Sequence record: NC_054916.1
Reading direction: 5' to 3' (one strand)
DNA length: 64,000 bases
Source: Escherichia phage vB_EcoM-G28
Shown here piece after piece: positions 60,443 through 64,000 of this stretch. Below the pieces are notes generated by a model. The model saw only the letters and a program-made list of their open reading frames with translations. It had not been told where the DNA came from and did no database searches. The number at the start of each line of letters is the position of its first letter. Positions within the stretch are counted from its first letter, which is position 1. A program made the position numbers and the translations under genes.

Positions 60443-62539
60443 TTATCCTTGAACGAACTTGTAAGGCATGTTTGTAATATCTATGCAAGACGCAATAATT
60501 CCAAGAGATGATTCTACTTTCTGTTTAACATTTGATGAAACAAATGATGCAAAGTCAACTCTGTCTTCTATTTCAATATCACCTGTCATTGCAATTACTT
60601 CACCAGTTTCCATTAGACGGTCACCGTCATAAATTACTGATTCGGTGAGTTCTTCCGTAGTCATAACTTCAGCTTGAATGAGTTTTGTATTATTAGATGT
60701 TGTTCCGTCATTATTAGAAGCATCAGTTATTTTATTAACTTTGACCATCAATCCGCGTGGTAGAATAACTTCAGCTTCTGTTGCTATTCCGAGACTTCCT
60801 GGATATACAACATTAACTTTATGAGCTCCATCAATTGCCCATCCTATTTGAACTTTAACGTATTCAGGATTTTCTTTATACGCTCTTATTTCGTTTGGAT
60901 TAATAGTTATTCCTTCTTCATTTTTATCAACTGTTAATTCATTACGAGCTTCTGGTTCTAAAAGACCAATGCCAGCATGTGTAATTCCAAAACGCCCAAA
61001 AATGATAGGAGTTAAAGAAGTAGATACAAAATTTCTGAAATAGAACACTTTATTTTTAACTAGCGCTTCGTATATAGGAGCAGTCATACTTTGAGCACGA
61101 TAAACTGTAATGCTTTCTGGTATACGGTCACCGTTTTCAAAAGCTGAATCTAAGTTATTTATAGCAGATTCAATTTCTTTTTCACTCATTACATCATATC
61201 GTTCTGGATTGTAGCGTCCTAAAAGAAGATTATTGATGTCAGTATATCCTGAACCGCAATACTCTCTAATGCCGCGCTTTTGTGATGGAGTATATTTAGA
61301 ACCATCACGGGCAATAGTAATATCAATCATTGGACCTGCACCAATTCCAGAAAAACTATAAATCATTCGTTTGATGAATTTAGTTTTTGCTGCGTTCCAG
61401 GAATTTTTAGTTATTTCTTCCCAGACTTCATCTGGCTGCCCTTTACGAGTTTTATTATGTTTATCAAGCCAAGTATCTTTATATTCTTCAAAGAATTTAT
61501 TAATAGCTGCTGCATACTTCTCTAAACATTTTATTGAAGTAGTTGGTTCATTTTTGATCGCGTTAAAAATTACGTCTTTAATTTTTTCAGAAACTTCATT
61601 AACCTCACTTTTTGAAAAGAATTTATAATCATAGTGAAGTTCATCTGCAGTTCCTTCGGCAATAATTTTTGCTGCTTTAGTTTTAGAAGCTAATGAATTA
61701 ATTCCAAGCTTCATTTCTTCTGCTTCGGGAATTAAAGGAGCGGTAGCAGGTTTATTGAAATTAGCTGCGGTAGATTCATACTTCTGGAATAATTCGCTTT
61801 CAAATCTAGAAGATTCCAATGACTGACTTTGCGCAATTGCTCTACGGGAAATTTTAACTTTAACGATTACAGCTTGGTCAGAACGTTTATCATTTTCTTG
61901 CGCAATAGATGCAGCAATTGCCTCATTTTTAGTTACTTGAGCTCCAGTATCTTTATTGATATAAACATCGCCGACTTTCGATTCAACTTTAGTAAAGAGC
62001 TCGGTACTAATTTCCGGAACTCCTGGAATGTCTTCTAGTGATACATTTTTGCGATGTATAAGAATATATGCATACTTTTTATCATAATCCCAGAGTTCCT
62101 TAAGAAGGACGTATCTGCCACCTGAACGACTACGGATAAGTCTATCAGCAATAACTTGAATTTGTTGAGCTTGACCAGCAGTTTTAGACTTAAGAATACG
62201 GAGCATACAGGCATCAATTTTATACTGACGCATCGTCTGCATTGCAACAGTAAAAACTGAATTGATATAATTAATTGGGCTTGGACCAAGACCTTTTAAT
62301 TTGGCAATTGAACCTTTAGCAGTTAATGTAAAAGGAACAATATGCATCATTTTATCGCCCATTTTTAAATCGCGATTAGTATCACCTCCAGATGTATAGG
62401 TACATAAACGAAAGCCCGGTTGTTCAATTGCATCATCAACGTGAACTGAAAAAATTTGTGGTATTTTCTTCTTTGGATTTAAGTTTGTAATCGGAAGAGT
62501 AGTATCTTCGTCAAATAATTCTGTAATGAGTTCCATCAT
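60443..62539 (-). CDS. alt: Alt ADP-ribosyltransferase (packaged, modifies host RNA polymerase), 698 aa
   Basis: Position adjacent to gene 30; ART motifs (TVYRAQ, FVSTSL, EAEVILPRG); own late promoter. Confidence 0.75.
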   Translation of the reverse strand: MMELITELFDEDTTLPITNLNPKKKIPQIFSVHVDDAIEQPGFRLCTYTSGGDTNRDLKMGDKMMHIVPFTLTAKGSIAKLKGLGPSPINYINSVFTVAMQTMRQYKIDACMLRILKSKTAGQAQQIQVIADRLIRSRSGGRYVLLKELWDYDKKYAYILIHRKNVSLEDIPGVPEISTELFTKVESKVGDVYINKDTGAQVTKNEAIAASIAQENDKRSDQAVIVKVKISRRAIAQSQSLESSRFESELFQKYESTAANFNKPATAPLIPEAEEMKLGINSLASKTKAAKIIAEGTADELHYDYKFFSKSEVNEVSEKIKDVIFNAIKNEPTTSIKCLEKYAAAINKFFEEYKDTWLDKHNKTRKGQPDEVWEEITKNSWNAAKTKFIKRMIYSFSGIGAGPMIDITIARDGSKYTPSQKRGIREYCGSGYTDINNLLLGRYNPERYDVMSEKEIESAINNLDSAFENGDRIPESITVYRAQSMTAPIYEALVKNKVFYFRNFVSTSLTPIIFGRFGITHAGIGLLEPEARNELTVDKNEEGITINPNEIRAYKENPEYVKVQIGWAIDGAHKVNVVYPGSLGIATEAEVILPRGLMVKVNKITDASNNDGTTSNNTKLIQAEVMTTEELTESVIYDGDRLMETGEVIAMTGDIEIEDRVDFASFVSSNVKQKVESSLGIIASCIDITNMPYKFVQG

Positions 62540-62559
62540 ATCCTCTCTAGTGTTTATTC

Positions 62560-62567
62560 TATTTATA
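62560..62567 (-). promoter_or_regulatory. Late promoter TATAAATA (minus) for alt
   Basis: Reverse complement of tatttata 21 nt upstream of the alt start. Confidence 0.55.
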
Positions 62568-62572
62568 AAATT

Positions 62573-62590
62573 AAAGGCCCGAAGGCCTTT
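62573..62590 (-). terminator. Hairpin AAAGGCC-CGAA-GGCCTTT upstream of alt (possible terminator for gene 30 operon read-through)
   Basis: Stem-loop with T-rich tail on the minus strand. Confidence 0.4.
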
Positions 62591-62777
62591 AATAATCTAT
62601 TGGTAAGAGAGTACGATATATTTCAAACTTTGGACCTTTTTCATAAGCATCAAAAGTTTCTGTGAATTTATTATAAGCATATGCATCTATAAATTCAATC
62701 ATGATTTGTGATACAGAAGTAGAAACATCTCCACCTTCTTTTTGAGCCACGACAATTGTTTCTAAGTAAGCTTTCAT
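62589..62777 (-). CDS. Hypothetical protein, 62 aa, translationally coupled to gene 30 (ATGA overlap)
   Basis: ORF, overlap with the gene 30 stop. Confidence 0.5.
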   Translation of the reverse strand: MKAYLETIVVAQKEGGDVSTSVSQIMIEFIDAYAYNKFTETFDAYEKGPKFEIYRTLLPIDY

Positions 62778-64000
62778 AAACCAGTTACCTCATGAAAATC
62801 ACCAAATACATCTTCGAATGTATTAGCTTTAGTTTTATCTTCGCGTAAACGAATCGCAATCGGAAGAAATAATTTAACGTAATCAGTGCGGCCATCAGAT
62901 TTTAACCAACCGTTGCATTCGCACTCTAGAATTTTTCCAATATAATAATTTTGGTTTTCCATAATGCGAGTACGGTCAAGTTCATGCGATTTTACACCGG
63001 CTTTATCTTTTAAGCCTGAACCAGCATTTACTTTAATTTTTCCACACTCTGACTCAAGAATAAATCCACCTGCTTTAGTAGGGTCTTTACGGTGAGGATA
63101 AATTCCTACAATTTTTAAATCAACATCAATTACTTCTTTAAATTTATAGAGATTTTTTGAACGAGCATTTTCCCATAATCCATCGATATTTTTGAGAATA
63201 ATACCTTCAAGACCTTGGTCAATATACTTTTTATAAATTACCTTAGCTTCATCTAGGTTATTTACTACCTGGTTTTCAATTAAAATTACTTTATCATATC
63301 CAGATGTCATTTGTTCTAGTTTAGAAAAACGTACATCATATTTCAAACGAAATGCAGGAAGACCGTATATTTCTACCAACGGTACATAATCCCAGACCTG
63401 AAACTTCATGCATTGAGCTTCTTTTTCAGAAATGGTTCCTTTTAAGGATTTATTGGCGATTCCATTAGAAGTAGTACGAGATTCCGCTACTTCGGCGAAT
63501 TCTTTAGCTTTACTAATTTCAGGATAAGCATCAAAAAGAAAATCTAGTCCTTCTGGTTCCTTTTTAACTTGCTCATGGTATACCAATTCGCCATCAATTA
63601 ACACACCTTCTGGATGAATCTGGCGGGCTTCAGCAGTCATTTTGATTAACTCTTCCTTAAGAAGATCTAATCCTAGATATTCATTACCAGCTCGCGATAA
63701 AAGACGAACATCATCTAATTCATCGCCTCGGACTTCAGCAAAACACCGAGCTCCATCTGCTTTTAACTGCGCAAAAGCTGGAAACTTGATATTCTTACTA
63801 ATGCCTTTTTCATCATAAGAACTTGCCAGCATTTGAGGTTGTTCAGGAATTAAACCCGGCCAAACTTTGTTTGCAATAGATACTGAAGCACCACATTCAA
63901 GGTCTCGCATCATAACTCGACGCAAAACTTCAACATCATCCTTTTTACCATCGGTGATATATCCAGTTAATTCCTCAATTGCTGCATTGCCAGTTAATTT
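62774..64000 (-). CDS. 30: ATP-dependent DNA ligase gp30, 5' end beyond the window (C-terminal 408 aa present)
   Basis: Ligase active-site motif KADGARC; sequence recognised as T4 DNA ligase; ORF open to the window edge. Confidence 0.95.
   Translation of the reverse strand, partial: KLTGNAAIEELTGYITDGKKDDVEVLRRVMMRDLECGASVSIANKVWPGLIPEQPQMLASSYDEKGISKNIKFPAFAQLKADGARCFAEVRGDELDDVRLLSRAGNEYLGLDLLKEELIKMTAEARQIHPEGVLIDGELVYHEQVKKEPEGLDFLFDAYPEISKAKEFAEVAESRTTSNGIANKSLKGTISEKEAQCMKFQVWDYVPLVEIYGLPAFRLKYDVRFSKLEQMTSGYDKVILIENQVVNNLDEAKVIYKKYIDQGLEGIILKNIDGLWENARSKNLYKFKEVIDVDLKIVGIYPHRKDPTKAGGFILESECGKIKVNAGSGLKDKAGVKSHELDRTRIMENQNYYIGKILECECNGWLKSDGRTDYVKLFLPIAIRLREDKTKANTFEDVFGDFHEVTGL

Noticed and set aside
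58382-62539. Possibility that the two Alt-like genes are an assembly duplication artefact
   Set aside because: The two copies are strongly diverged over most of their length rather than near-identical, so a collapsed or expanded repeat is unlikely.

Overview
This window is a contiguous segment of a T4-like (T-even, Tequatrovirus-type) myovirus genome, in the same orientation and gene order as the T4 map from lysozyme e to DNA ligase 30. It reads: an internal-protein (IP) locus, e, nudE, the e.2-e.8 small ORFs, the tRNA cluster with segB, ipI, 57B/57A, 1, 3, 2, 4, then the late structural block 53-5-5.4-6-7-8-9-10-11-12-wac-13-14-15-16-17-18-19-20-67-68-21-22-23-24, rnlB, hoc, inh, segE, uvsW, uvsY, 25, 26, 51, 27, 28, 29, 48, 54, two Alt-family genes and the 3' part of gene 30. 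Identification rests on protein lengths and sequences I recognise from T4 (e.g. lysozyme, 3 substitutions from my recollection of T4 e), on eight tRNAs folded by hand from the minus strand, on TATAAATA late-promoter boxes and on GC-hairpin/T-run terminators. I found no CRISPR array, rRNA, transposon or self-evident multi-gene defence or anti-defence operon, so most of the window is canonical, well-described phage biology. The parts that deviate from what I recall of T4 are confined to known plasticity hot-spots: a P-loop NTPase ORF and a non-T4-type internal protein beside e; a terminator-flanked mini-cassette carrying a late promoter and another IP-like gene; a small antisense early gene where T4 has segD; a Hoc with one extra Ig-like domain; an HNH endonuclease inserted between uvsW and uvsW.1; and two divergent full-length Alt-family ADP-ribosyltransferase genes in tandem. 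All functional calls are from memory of the T4 family and reading the sequence; no database search was run.
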